Shown here in pieces: positions 9,886 to 20,178 of a DNA stretch of 64,000 bases. The first letter of the stretch is position 1, and every line of letters begins with the position of its first letter. Source of the stretch: Nitrospirota bacterium (lineage in GTDB: Bacteria > Nitrospirota > UBA9217); contig DASPSR010000060.1 in the NCBI GenBank assembly GCA_035623825.1, positions 1-64,000 on the forward strand, in the 5' to 3' direction. The notes beneath the pieces are model-generated. The model saw nothing but the letters and a program-made list of their open reading frames with translations, was not told where the DNA came from and made no database searches. Made by a program: the position numbers and the translations under genes.

Positions 9886-10809
9886 CTATTGCCGTTCTCT
9901 TCTCTCCCTGGACGGTGTTCTATCGCCACCCGAGTGCTGGCCTTCCCTCCCCCCATGAGAAGGCGGTGGAGGCGGTCGCCTTCCGTCGTGTGTCGCCCGT
10001 TCACGGGAGCCCCGGAAGATCACTTCATTCTTTCCTCGGACTCCGGTATAAATAAAACGTTTTTCATCGTGTGGTGCACCTATGCCTGCAAAGGTCCGTC
10101 CGTTGTATCTCCTCAGCGGATCGATTCGAACGATCCTGTTTGTACGATGGTCAACGAAATGATTGGAGATGACCTCGACCCTGCCATGAACATGGACAAC
10201 CCTGTGAAAGTCGGCCAGAACGTAAAATCCTGGGCACCAGTAACCCCACCCCCAGAAGGGATACGGAACCCACGTATACAAGTAAACATAATCCGGAGGC
10301 GGTGGATAGTAGGTCACAGCCGGCGGACCTTGGTCGTAATAATAAGTGTTTAACACGGCAGCATCAGGAGGCATGATATTATTTGCACCTGGCGGGGGCA
10401 TCGGCCCGGGACCGCCACTTCTGACAGCCAAGTGGTCTTCAACCAAGATATCCTGAAAGGCCTGCAATGCTTCATCTTTCCCCATTTTCAGGCTTTTGGC
10501 TTCTGCAGCAGCATTAATGGACTGCATCAGCTCTCCGGCAATATCAGGAGTAACCGGGTAATCGGCAATCCACCCGTTCCGGGGGATGATGCCGGCATTC
10601 GCAAGAAGATTCTCTGCTTCAGCCTCGCTGCTGGCTTTTCCCAGTTTAAGCGCATCAGCAAGCTTGACTGCCAAATCTCCTTCCCGGACCAATGGCTGGG
10701 CAATTGGAGGTTGTTCTCCTGTCCCCGGCACGTTTTGCGCATGGATACCTGCCGGCATGAAAACCAATACACATAATGCCAGAGGTGCTGCAATGAGCGA
10801 TCTTTTCAT
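9886..10809 (-). CDS. Hypothetical secreted protein with Pro/Tyr-rich middle and basic tail
   Basis: AGGAG RBS; signal peptide ending IHA; YYPPPP and WVPYPFW segments. Confidence 0.75.
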   Translation of the reverse strand: MKRSLIAAPLALCVLVFMPAGIHAQNVPGTGEQPPIAQPLVREGDLAVKLADALKLGKASSEAEAENLLANAGIIPRNGWIADYPVTPDIAGELMQSINAAAEAKSLKMGKDEALQAFQDILVEDHLAVRSGGPGPMPPPGANNIMPPDAAVLNTYYYDQGPPAVTYYPPPPDYVYLYTWVPYPFWGWGYWCPGFYVLADFHRVVHVHGRVEVISNHFVDHRTNRIVRIDPLRRYNGRTFAGIGAPHDEKRFIYTGVRGKNEVIFRGSRERATHDGRRPPPPPSHGGREGQHSGGDRTPSRERRERQ

Positions 10810-11348
10810 GGTTTATTGCTCCTATAATTTTCGTTAAACTCTTGTCAAATCCTTGCAATACATAATAACAGGTATCAGAATATTTTTCCACAGCTTGCGC
10901 ATCTGCCAGCACAGACTCTTAAATGATCCGTATGGCTAATTTGTCCGGGCCGAACATGTTATGCATGAATTAAGCGGTGCCGAGTTCGTACGCTGCGTAA
11001 GATATTTTGTACTATTCGTACAGGCCACCTAGTATAGCGCAAACGAACCGGTCTTGAGGCTCCAGCCGTGTCAGTAGACGCTGGCAATTACCCCTGTGAT
11101 AATGGTGATTGATCTTATAAGTATCAGAATGTCTGATGCCGGAAAGTTCTTTCCGTCCCAGGGACCGTCGGAAAGGTCAAAAGTCTGTATTCATCGACAA
11201 AATGTCTTGGCTGAGCGGGGCTATTCTGGAAATATCACACAGTTGGGGCATGCTGTACGATCTGCTGGGGAAACGGAGATCGTAGCGATGAGAGTTCCAT
11301 TTGAAAGCACTAATTCAGCCGGTCACCGGCCCGCAAAGTTGCGATCGG

Positions 11349-11789
11349 CTATGCGGCTTTCACTTCAGATGTACAGTGAGGGCAGCGAGTCGCCTTTATT
11401 GCGATGGCGGACAGGCAATATGGGCACTCTTTCGTACTGGGAGCCGCCGGCGGCTCATGCCGTTTTCGCAGCTTTGCTATCTGCAGGACGATGAAAAAAA
11501 TCGCGGCTGATACGATGAGAAAATCTACGATCGTGTTGATAAATGCCCCGTAGTTGATCGTGGCTGCTCCGGCGGCTTTGGCCGTCGCCAGTGAAGGATA
11601 CTGGGTTCCGGAAAGATTGATGAATAATCCGCTGAAGTCCATTTTCCCGAGAACGAGGCCCAGCGGAGGCATCAGGATGTCATTTACCAGCGATGTAACA
11701 ATCTTCCCAAAAGCCGCCCCAATGATGATACCAACCGCCAGGTCCACGACGTTCCCTCGCATGATAAAGTCTCTGAAGTCTTTCAGCAT
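11349..11789 (-). CDS. mscL: Large-conductance mechanosensitive channel with C-terminal zinc ribbon
   Basis: [27 protein letters not shown]; INYGAFI; CPYC..CPHC tail; AGGAGG RBS. Confidence 0.92.
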   Translation of the reverse strand: MLKDFRDFIMRGNVVDLAVGIIIGAAFGKIVTSLVNDILMPPLGLVLGKMDFSGLFINLSGTQYPSLATAKAAGAATINYGAFINTIVDFLIVSAAIFFIVLQIAKLRKRHEPPAAPSTKECPYCLSAIAIKATRCPHCTSEVKAA

Positions 11790-11891
11790 ATCAATGCCTC
11801 CTATCTCTGGTGTCATGCCCGGGTCATTCGGCAATTCGCATGAAAGCCGCAATCCGCGAAAATCACCGGCTATTAGCTTTGCGCTGGCAGT

Positions 11892-12305
11892 CTAATTGGG
11901 CTTCAAGAACGCGCTCTTGAGCAGGCTCAATGCCTCACCCAGCTTGCCTTCCTCCGGGAGTTTCCCGTTGGGTGTCAGTTTGTCTATTATTTGGGGGAGC
12001 AAATCGGACAGATGCTGCGAAGCCAGATCTTTGGAAATGCCCAGCTTTTCTGCGATCTGCTGGATCTTATCGGATCCGAGCGCCTGTTTGATTTGGTCAG
12101 GAGAAATAGGCTTGTTCTCTCCGGTGCTTATCCAGGAGGAAACAATGTCGCCTAACCCTTTATTCTTGAATGCTTCGATGAACCCGGGAAGCCCCCCGGT
12201 AGCTGGATTGTTGATGAGGCTCATTGCGTGGTCAAGAATGCCGGAGACATTGGTGCCGCCCAGTTTTGATGCCAATCCCCCTTTGAGTTGATCAAATAAG
12301 CTCAT
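11892..12305 (-). CDS. YidB / DUF937 family protein
   Basis: GLGDIVSSWISTGENKPIS...LPQIIDKLTPNG. Confidence 0.85.
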   Translation of the reverse strand: MSLFDQLKGGLASKLGGTNVSGILDHAMSLINNPATGGLPGFIEAFKNKGLGDIVSSWISTGENKPISPDQIKQALGSDKIQQIAEKLGISKDLASQHLSDLLPQIIDKLTPNGKLPEEGKLGEALSLLKSAFLKPN

Positions 12306-12385
12306 GGTCTTCTCCTTGTCCTAAAAGTGCGGCTTGACAGGAACAGAATCCTGCAAACCCGCATCGATTGATAAAATGAAACGCT

Positions 12386-12410
12386 CTCCGGCGGTTCGAC
12401 ACCGCCGGAG
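12386..12410 (-). terminator. Hairpin downstream of the ComEA-like gene
   Basis: CTCCGGCGGT-TCGAC-ACCGCCGGAG, 10-bp stem; T-rich run follows on the minus strand. Confidence 0.55.
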
Positions 12411-12455
12411 AAGTGCACACGGAAACCATGGGAGTACAAATAACGTCTCGGTGCA

Positions 12456-13310
12456 TCAGCGAACCGTGATGAAATCCTTGATCTTCTCGTACTCTTTCTG
12501 CTTGATCCCCTTGACCTTCATGATGTCTTCGGGCTTACTAAAAGGCCTGCCATCAATGATTGCCTGAGCCTTGACCGGGCCGATCCCCGGAAGGGCATCG
12601 AGTTCTTCCTTGGTCGCCGTATTGATGTTGACGTGCTGACCGGGTGCGAGCTTCATTTTGGACTTTTCAGCCGATCCGGTCATGGCCTTTTCCGCTGAGG
12701 ACGCCTTCTCCTGTCCCTCCGTCACATAAGGCATTGCGGCAGGAGCAGCCGTGGCTGCCGCCGCGCCTACGGTGACCTGATTTCTGATCGCGTTGATCTT
12801 TTTATCGCTCATGCCCTTGACGCGCTTCAAATCGTCCACGCTCTTGTACGGTCGCCCTGCAATGATCGCCTTTGCCGTCGATTTCCCCACGCCGGGCAGG
12901 GATTCCAGGGTTTTCTGATCGGCACTGTTAAGATCGATGAGCGCCGCAGAAGGCATTGCGGCAGGAGCAGCTGTGGCTGTTGCCGCGCCTACGGTGACCA
13001 GATTTCTGATCGCGTCGATCTTTTTATCGCTCATGCCCTTGACGCGCTTCAGATCGTCCACGCTCTTGTACGGTCGCCCTGCAATGATCGCCTTTGCCGT
13101 CGATTTCCCCACGCCGGGCAGGGATTCCAGGGTTTTCTGATCGGCATTATTAAGATCGATAAGCGCTGCATCTTTCCCCGGGTCCTCTGCGCTCTTTTTC
13201 TTTGCGTAAGAATCTGTCGTTATGCCTAAAACCAGTGCAGGCAGGACAACGGTGAAGATGAACAATAACAGAATCCTTGAAGTTTGGAAATCCGGTCTCT
13301 TTTGTCTCAT
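12456..13310 (-). CDS. ComEA-family DNA-binding protein with three HhH domains
   Basis: N-terminal signal/TM; three copies of IDLN.A...L..LPG[VI]G...A.AII..RP[YF]...DL..VKG. Confidence 0.88.
   Translation of the reverse strand: MRQKRPDFQTSRILLLFIFTVVLPALVLGITTDSYAKKKSAEDPGKDAALIDLNNADQKTLESLPGVGKSTAKAIIAGRPYKSVDDLKRVKGMSDKKIDAIRNLVTVGAATATAAPAAMPSAALIDLNSADQKTLESLPGVGKSTAKAIIAGRPYKSVDDLKRVKGMSDKKINAIRNQVTVGAAAATAAPAAMPYVTEGQEKASSAEKAMTGSAEKSKMKLAPGQHVNINTATKEELDALPGIGPVKAQAIIDGRPFSKPEDIMKVKGIKQKEYEKIKDFITVR
12731..13170. repeat. Intragenic tandem duplication, period 222 bp (74 aa)
   Basis: GCATTGCGGCAGGAGCAG begins at 12731 and at 12953; the copies are nearly identical at DNA level. Confidence 0.95.
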
Positions 13311-13875
13311 ACGATGCGATCTCCTTTCCTTTGAAAGTTATTACGTTCGGGATCAATCATCCAATGCATTCGATCGTCATGAAGACTATTTTGTTTGCTG
13401 CACGCAAACAGTTATATCGCATTCATGGGAAAAACTCTGACCCACAATTCGTGTTATTCCGGTTATATCATCTTTCGGTGACTCGGCGATCTTGGTTTTA
13501 AGATAAGATCAAATGCACCCCATCCTGCGATCACTTTGGCCTTAGCCCGGCAATTAAAATATAGCAGAGATCGAAAGACAGCACCGACAATAGATAGGGC
13601 GTTTATAAAAGGATACTAAAGTTATAGCCTCAATAAACAATACAAAGGTGAAGTGTTGATTCTTTGTCACGACAGGACTCCGACAGTCAAGGAGCAATAC
13701 TTGACTGACAATTGAAACATGTAATTTAACAGGATTTTCTCCGGCTCTTTCGAACAATAGGTCCGAGTGATGCCATAGTATTAAAGAATCACGAAAAATT
13801 GTCGATTAGATTATAACGAGAGAATGCGAACTTGTTGCTGCTTCGGAAAAATCCAAAACCCAAGGAGGTGAGAAT

Positions 13876-14214
13876 ATGAAAAGTAAACTTACGGCGTTAT
13901 TAGCAATGGTAATTGTCTCCGTCTTTCTGCTCGGTGGCATGATTCCTGTTTATGCAGAATCGAACTGGGCAAAGGACCATCCGCGTCGGACCCAGGTAAA
14001 CAAGCGGCTGAAAAATCAAAATAATCGTATCAACGCGAAAGTCAAAAATGGGGATATGACGAAAGCCGAAGCCAAGAAACTCCATCATGAGGACAGGAAT
14101 ATCCGACAGGAAGAGCGGTTAATGGCCAAGCAGAATGGCGGTCATATTACCAAGCAAGAACAGCGCACGCTAAATCAGCAGGAGAATCAGGTCAGCAGGG
14201 AAATCGGGAAATGA
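13876..14214 (+). CDS. Hypothetical secreted helical protein
   Basis: AAGGAGG RBS; signal peptide; WAKDHPRRTQVNKRL and two G-x-[MI]TK-x-E repeats. Confidence 0.8.
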   Translation: MKSKLTALLAMVIVSVFLLGGMIPVYAESNWAKDHPRRTQVNKRLKNQNNRINAKVKNGDMTKAEAKKLHHEDRNIRQEERLMAKQNGGHITKQEQRTLNQQENQVSREIGK

Positions 14215-14324
14215 CCTTGTGCTTCTTCTGAAACACACATGACGTCGAGAATAAATCAGATAAGGATTTAAAGCTGAGTGTGTGCGAGTGATGCCTGAAA
14301 AGGTATGTTCAGAGGCTTGCGATC

Positions 14325-14370
14325 ATTGAGCAGGTAGGGGGCCTCACGGCCCCCGTCTTTACCACGACTA
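14325..14370 (-). mobile_element. Probable group IIC intron 3'-end relic (domain VI)
   Basis: Minus strand reads GTGGTAAAGACGGGGGCCGTGAGGCCCCCTACCTGCTCAAT, resembling class C ends (..GACGGGGGC-GNRA-GCCCCCTCCTACTCGAT); domain V and RT absent. Confidence 0.4.
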
Positions 14371-14473
14371 GTGCAAAGCAGCATTAACCAATTTATAAGG
14401 GTTAACCAGCCGTGTCGTTGGATGTCTTTGCTGGTTCTCCCCCATATTCTTAGGACGGACAGTTCAATGGAAA

Positions 14474-14674
14474 TTAACTCTTTTTCTCTTCTTTTTGCCC
14501 GCTGGATTTGGGCTCATCTTTTGGCTCTTCTTCCCTCGATATGGCTTTCTTAAATGCTCTTATACTTTTCCCTAATCCTTCCCCAATTTCTGGCAGCCTT
14601 CCGGGGCCAAATATGATCAATACGATAATAAGAATAAGAAGCAAATGCATCGGTCGAAAAAGTCCTTCAAACAT
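14474..14674 (-). CDS. tatA: Twin-arginine translocase TatA/E subunit
   Basis: [30 protein letters not shown]; AGGAGG RBS. Confidence 0.9.
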   Translation of the reverse strand: MFEGLFRPMHLLLILIIVLIIFGPGRLPEIGEGLGKSIRAFKKAISREEEPKDEPKSSGQKEEKKS

Positions 14675-15070
14675 GTCACGCCTCCTTTAGAGAAAACCAG
14701 TTTAATCTTACGCTCTGGTTTGTTCAATACCGCTCATTACGCAAAAGCGAGATCATTTTAAACCTTTTCGATCCCGTTCTGCAAACACTTCTTTTGCCAC
14801 AAAATGAGCCATTCACTGCCGCTGCAAAAACCGGCGTAGACCGCCATTTGGATTATCAATCCAACAACTTTCTTCCGCGTGAGACCGTCGTTGAGCGCCC
14901 CGCGCCCCGTGAAAGTGCACCTTCAACTGCGGTCGTGCATCCCCGTGCGATGCAAGGGCGACGATGGCGCGATCTCGCGGTACAGCACTATCGAACCCGT
15001 GATGTCGTGACGGTTCTTATTGTCCACGCGGACCGCGTTCTGACACTAGACATTTTGCAGCGATGGTCGA

Positions 15071-15307
15071 TCATGGCAAATGATGCTTAAGAGGAGGACC
15101 ACGCCGCTTTTTCAAGGCTAATCTGCAGGTTGCATCAACTATCGCGTCGGCTTCATCCTTGCTCATACCGTCCGTCTGATAGTAGATATAGTCGTCGACC
15201 ATATCGCACAGTTCCTTGCGAGAAATATCCGGCTTCAATTCAAGAACTTCCTCCTCAAACAACTTGGCAGCTTGAGGTGCCGTCTCCTTCTTTTCTATCC
15301 TGTTCAT
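15071..15307 (-). CDS. Hypothetical protein (78 aa)
   Basis: GGGAGG RBS; plausible composition. Confidence 0.6.
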   Translation of the reverse strand: MNRIEKKETAPQAAKLFEEEVLELKPDISRKELCDMVDDYIYYQTDGMSKDEADAIVDATCRLALKKRRGPPLKHHLP

Positions 15308-15475
15308 AGCGCCTCCCTTACGGCCCGCTTTCCGGCGAAAAACGCCGCCGACTGCGGATGCCCCGCATATTAGGAAGACATCTCATGTCTTTCATCCTAA
15401 ACCCATCACATTTCATCATGAGCCAGGTAAACCTTCACAAACACAGACGCAGATCTGTCATACTATTCGAGCCGG

Positions 15476-16138
15476 CTAAGCCGCACTCCTTGACCCGGCA
15501 AGCTTTATATTTAATTTTTTCCTGATCTCCCTCGCCGAGGCGCTCGTTGCATACACAACTGTCCCCACATCGAATAATTTTGATGCGCTCAGGCCTCCTA
15601 CGACAACGGGGTCGAGACCCGCATGTTCCGCGAGCCTTCCAGCAACTTTCAATCCCTCCTCGTCGTCGCTGGCTATCGGAATTCCGATCTTTTCACCTTT
15701 TTTGTTGACTGTTCTTTTGAGGTCTTCAAAATAAACAGTATTAAACGCTCTTACTATTCTCGCGCCCGGCAGAAGACGGGCCACCAAGGTGCCGGTACCG
15801 CCCGGCTCTCTTCTTGCCTCTTCTGCAATCTTTCCATCTCTCTCAGGATAAGGATTCGAGGTGTCGATGACGATCTTGCCCTTCAGGGCGTCTTTTGTCT
15901 TTGCGTCAAGGGCTGGCACTGCCTTCAAGGGAAGCGAAAGCACGATCACATCTCCAAATGCTATTGCCTCTGCGACGCTCCCAGCGCAGGCTTTAGGCCC
16001 AGCGGTCGTGACAAGGTCTTTGAGGGTTTCAGGATGTCTCGAGCTGAATAGAATCTCGTGTCCCGCCCTTGCGAGAAGGATTCCGAGATTTCCCCCAATA
16101 CGGCCTGATCCTACGATGCCGATCTTTTTTGTCTTCAT
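15476..16138 (-). CDS. NADPH-dependent F420-reductase-like Rossmann oxidoreductase
   Basis: GIVGSGRIG, IDTSNP and VRAFNT motifs. Confidence 0.85.
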   Translation of the reverse strand: MKTKKIGIVGSGRIGGNLGILLARAGHEILFSSRHPETLKDLVTTAGPKACAGSVAEAIAFGDVIVLSLPLKAVPALDAKTKDALKGKIVIDTSNPYPERDGKIAEEARREPGGTGTLVARLLPGARIVRAFNTVYFEDLKRTVNKKGEKIGIPIASDDEEGLKVAGRLAEHAGLDPVVVGGLSASKLFDVGTVVYATSASAREIRKKLNIKLAGSRSAA

Positions 16139-16537
16139 ACTTTTATCTCCTTCTTATTGCGATTGAGTATTGAACGCTCTGGATGCCTTTAGCTCTTCTA
16201 ATTAAAAGATATCACTGCTTGAAAGAATATCAAGACAACTAAAGTATGCGTCTTTCAATTGGGCATGGCAATTCTACTGATTGGGCATTGGATGGGTCAT
16301 GTATGGGGATGTAATAATTTTTAACTTGTTCCGGTCAATTGAAGAGATTGTCCCACGGTCCAAGGACGTTGCAGGTGCTCAATAGGTCCAATACGTCATA
16401 TCACGCAGGTCGCACCACTATGAAGGGAAACTGTCTTAAAAAATCGACATGCAATGCCGGGGGGTCTCAATTCGAAACAGATCCAATCATTTTTTTATAG
16501 CCCAACCCCTTCATGGTTGGTCATACGTTGGCAGCGT

Positions 16538-17104
16538 TTATTTAACACCGAACAGGGTAAATGTATGGTCCGGCAGGAATGCGAAGATCCCCTCCGTGAA
16601 GTAACCTGCCTTCTCCATTGTCCTTACAATGACCTCCTGTGACGTATGGTGCCCAAACAAAGCGACAAAGCCGTAGCCCTTTTTTTTATGCTCGATGATA
16701 GCGACTTTCCCATCCTTCTTCACGTATTTTTTGAGATTGGCGAAGTAGTTCGCAGGTTCGGGAAGATGGTGAAACACGTTCCTGACGAAAACAAGGTCGA
16801 CTCCGGCTACCGGCAAATCCATCTCGCCTTCCCCCGAGAGCGTGAAGACGATGTTATAGAGTCCCGCCCGCTCAGACCGGCGCTTGATAAAATCGAGATA
16901 CTTCTTTTTGACATCAACCGCGTAGATGCGACCGGTCTTGCCTGTTTTTTGGCTGAGGGCGAGCGTGAAAAAACCTCCCCCTGACCCGATATCGGCAATT
17001 ATCTGCCCTTCCCGAATCTGAAGACTTTCAATGACCTCTTCGGGCTTGCTCCTGGCTGACGCTGCTTCCCTGTTCAGCATTTTCAAAAAAAGAGAAGTGA
17101 ACAT
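16538..17104 (-). CDS. Class I SAM-dependent methyltransferase
   Basis: IADIGSGGG, YAVD and NVFHH motifs. Confidence 0.85.
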   Translation of the reverse strand: MFTSLFLKMLNREAASARSKPEEVIESLQIREGQIIADIGSGGGFFTLALSQKTGKTGRIYAVDVKKKYLDFIKRRSERAGLYNIVFTLSGEGEMDLPVAGVDLVFVRNVFHHLPEPANYFANLKKYVKKDGKVAIIEHKKKGYGFVALFGHHTSQEVIVRTMEKAGYFTEGIFAFLPDHTFTLFGVK

Positions 17105-17252
17105 CGGTCGCTCCTGAGGTTTTTAAGTTCGATGTCGACGACATTCTCTAACAAAAGGCACAATTTATTCATACATCGTAATTTTCTTCATCCATTGACT
17201 CATAATGAAATGCGCTAACCCGATTTTTTCAAAACTCGTCTCGGTTGATGAA

Positions 17253-18173
17253 TCACTTAAACTCAAAAGTGATTCCGAGACCGATATAGGTCAGTCGATC
17301 GTTAAAAAATTGGCCGACAGGTGAAAATCCCTTATATCCTTCAAACAGAAAACGAATTGACCGTCCTTGCGAATCTGAATCATCAAATTGTAAGCCCGCT
17401 TTAAATGATGTGTTCAATGGCCATCCATTCTCCTGAGTGCATTTCAGATCCAGACCTCCAATGACCCGCCCCCCTAGCAGAAATCTATTCGTTCCGTAAT
17501 ATTCCAAGCCGCTTTGAATAGTGATCGGCCTATAGTTGCTCGGTTCCACCTGAACCATATATTCGCCGCCGTAATAAATGCGCCACTTTGTCCACTCGTA
17601 TGATCCTATGAAGTTGATTGCCTCATATGAAAATTCGATTCTTGTTATGCTGGTATGCTGCAAGTACTGATCTCCAATGTGGGAGCTCTGGTGATAAAAG
17701 TTAATCCGGTATGATACGGGCCCTTTCCGTAAAGTGAAAGGAAGACCGATGAAATAATCGCTGTCCACCAGGTAAAAATATTTAATATCAAACTCGCTAT
17801 AAATACCGCCGCTGATGTTCGTCTGCCAGCTGTAGCCCCCCCTGTTATTGATGGAACGATATAATCCAAAGATGTCCCCGAGACTGCCGGCGAATATTTC
17901 AGTACTTTGAGATATGTAGTAAGGGGCGTGCTGGTAGGGGCGGTAACTAAGATAAAATCGAAGTTCCTTTGGGTCAGCAATTAGCGGTCGGAAAAGGTTA
18001 CCCTCGGGCAAAAATTTAGTTTCATTCGGTTTTTCCGCCTCTCCAGAGAAGACGTCCTGAGGCGAAGAACTTGCTGCAGATTTATCGTCCGCTTGTACGA
18101 CGCCATAACTAAATAGCCATATTATCAAAGATAGAACCGTTATGATGCTAATAGATATAATTTTATGTTCCAT
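17253..18173 (-). CDS. Exported DUF1207-like protein, probable outer-membrane beta-barrel
   Basis: Signal peptide; LFRPLIADPKE, YHQSSHIGD and GFSPVGQF motifs; aromatic C-terminus. Confidence 0.7.
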   Translation of the reverse strand: MEHKIISISIITVLSLIIWLFSYGVVQADDKSAASSSPQDVFSGEAEKPNETKFLPEGNLFRPLIADPKELRFYLSYRPYQHAPYYISQSTEIFAGSLGDIFGLYRSINNRGGYSWQTNISGGIYSEFDIKYFYLVDSDYFIGLPFTLRKGPVSYRINFYHQSSHIGDQYLQHTSITRIEFSYEAINFIGSYEWTKWRIYYGGEYMVQVEPSNYRPITIQSGLEYYGTNRFLLGGRVIGGLDLKCTQENGWPLNTSFKAGLQFDDSDSQGRSIRFLFEGYKGFSPVGQFFNDRLTYIGLGITFEFK

Positions 18174-18699
18174 GGCGCTTCAGGCTTCTATAACGTATTT
18201 TTTTTACGTCAATGAGGCAGCTTTACGTCCGCTCCAGCAAGAATACGTCGGGCATGCATGCGAGCACCAAGGAGTAAACTGAACACGGACAGAAACCGTC
18301 AGAAAATCCCAAAAAAGAGATTTTTGAAAGAATGTTTTGCTTTGCGACAAACTTTATTATTACCTTAGCATAAAAAAAATAAATTACAAATGAGTATTCC
18401 TGGGGCCATTGCATAAAATAACAATAAATTGCAGGGGTTGATACACTCGTCGATGTAAATTTTACATGCTTGATTACGATTATAGCAGTGAGGGAGGTGT
18501 AAAAGGATGCTACCCGATGTCTCGCGAGGAGTGCAACATAAGTAACCTATCTAGACCACCGGCCTATACGAAGGTAGCGCGGACCAAAAGGCCTTCCCTG
18601 GCCTCCGTCAAGCAATTCCTTCAGTCCAATTAGGAAAGATGCCCACGATGTGCTGCAGTGATGCATGTACTCTGCTTCACGCCAACCACAATGCTTGAA

Positions 18700-18965
18700 G
18701 AGCAGAATGAGAAAGCGGAAAAGGTCGCTTTGCCTACCATCTTCTGACCAGCGGGTCCGGGTGGTATCGCTTTACCCGGCAAATGGAGGACGAAGTCCGG
18801 TGCGAACAGCTGATCAACGATGTCAAGATTCGCCTTGTTCTTGAACTCCTCCATGAAGCGCCGGACCACGGCCACCTTCTCGTCTCTAAAGTAAGCTGCC
18901 ATCTTTGTCCAGTAGAACTCCGACCAGCCGCTGTTGATCTCATCGCCGATCAGCGCCGGAGCACC
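18700..18965 (-). pseudogene. Fragment of an SRPBCC/AHSA1 - SnoaL-like ester cyclase fusion
   Basis: GWSEFYWTKMAAYF (AHSA1-like C-terminus) joined to KVAVVRRFMEEFKNKANLDIVDQLFAPDFVLH...GPAG (SnoaL-like N-terminus); both domains incomplete, no RBS. Confidence 0.6.
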
Positions 18966-19237
18966 CGTAAACTTGCTGATATCACACACCTGTTTTTTGT
19001 CAAGCCACGCTCTTCGCTTGCCTGTGAATAGTCATTTACCAGAGATCACAACACTGTACTGTACTGCATTGCATTTTAGACGAGGACATGGAGGAGTTCT
19101 GCTTCCGGAGAGGAGGAATGTTGACGACAAGTCATTTCTTTGAAGTTAACGCAGTAACCGTGATATTGAACGTAGTTGCCGCTAGATTCCGCGGTTAAAC
19201 GATCGAACCAGTCGATCAATGCAGAGTGACGTTTGTT

Positions 19238-20053
19238 TCATTTATCCTGGGCTATGAGCCTCACCTCGCTCTGCGGGAAGGGTATGCTGATCCCTTTCCG
19301 AGCGAACTGTTCGATAATCGCCTGATTGACCTCTGTCTGCGCGCTAAAATAATCGGGGACCGCCACCCAGGGCAGGATCGAGATGACAACTGATGAATCG
19401 GCTAGGCTGGAAACGCCGACAACAGGCGCGGGATCCTTCAGCACCCTCGGGTTCTGGTCCAGGATCTCATTGATGGTCGCTATGGCGAACTTGACATCGG
19501 CATTGTAGGCAACGTTTACCGACAAGCTCATTTGGCGGATCTTGCCGTAGTTATGCAGGATTTCCCCAACGATCTTGCGGTTCGGCACCACCACCCGGGA
19601 TTTATCCGCATGCAGCAGGGTCGTGGAAAACAGGGATATATCCTGGACCTGGCCATAGACGCCCAGCAGCTCAATGTATTCTCCGACCGTAAACGGCTTG
19701 CTGAAGATGATGTTGAGGCCGGCCACGAGATTGCCTAGGACGCTCTGCGTGGCCAAGCTGAGCCCTACGCCGGCGACGCCTATACCAGCGAGCAGCGGGG
19801 TGATTTGAATGCCCATCTGGCCCAGCGCCATGACGACAAACCCGGCAAATACAATGAGCCGCAACAACTTGGTGATCAACTGTCGGACCTGCGGTTCGAG
19901 CTTGTGCTTTTCAAGCCAGCGCTGAACGACATTTCCCACCCATCGCGTGCAGAAAAGACCAGCAACTATGATGACAATCCCAGTTACTATCTGCATGCCG
20001 TGTTCAATGAAATACATCACAAGCTTGTCGGTTATTTCCGCGGATTTAATCAA
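19238..20053 (-). CDS. mscS: Small-conductance mechanosensitive channel
   Basis: Three TM; LATQSVLGNLVAG, KPFTVGEYI, VPN and IPFPQ motifs; AAGGAGG then TTG start. Confidence 0.9.
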   Translation of the reverse strand: MIKSAEITDKLVMYFIEHGMQIVTGIVIIVAGLFCTRWVGNVVQRWLEKHKLEPQVRQLITKLLRLIVFAGFVVMALGQMGIQITPLLAGIGVAGVGLSLATQSVLGNLVAGLNIIFSKPFTVGEYIELLGVYGQVQDISLFSTTLLHADKSRVVVPNRKIVGEILHNYGKIRQMSLSVNVAYNADVKFAIATINEILDQNPRVLKDPAPVVGVSSLADSSVVISILPWVAVPDYFSAQTEVNQAIIEQFARKGISIPFPQSEVRLIAQDK

Positions 20054-20178
20054 AACGACCTCCTTATATTTCAGCGTCGCTACGAGATTATGCCGGTTGT
20101 AATGCTGAATTCCAGGATAATGACACAGTCACGGAACCGGTCGTCGGTTAAAGCTTAGCTCGCTTTTTTTGTCATCTT

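Noticed and set aside
12731-13170. Direct repeat as CRISPR or insertion-sequence ends
   Set aside because: It is an in-frame coding domain duplication with no spacers; no CRISPR array was seen anywhere in the window.
16500-16535. GCCCAAC...GTTGGCA as a complete attC site
   Set aside because: About 35 bp, too short, and lacks the internal palindrome.
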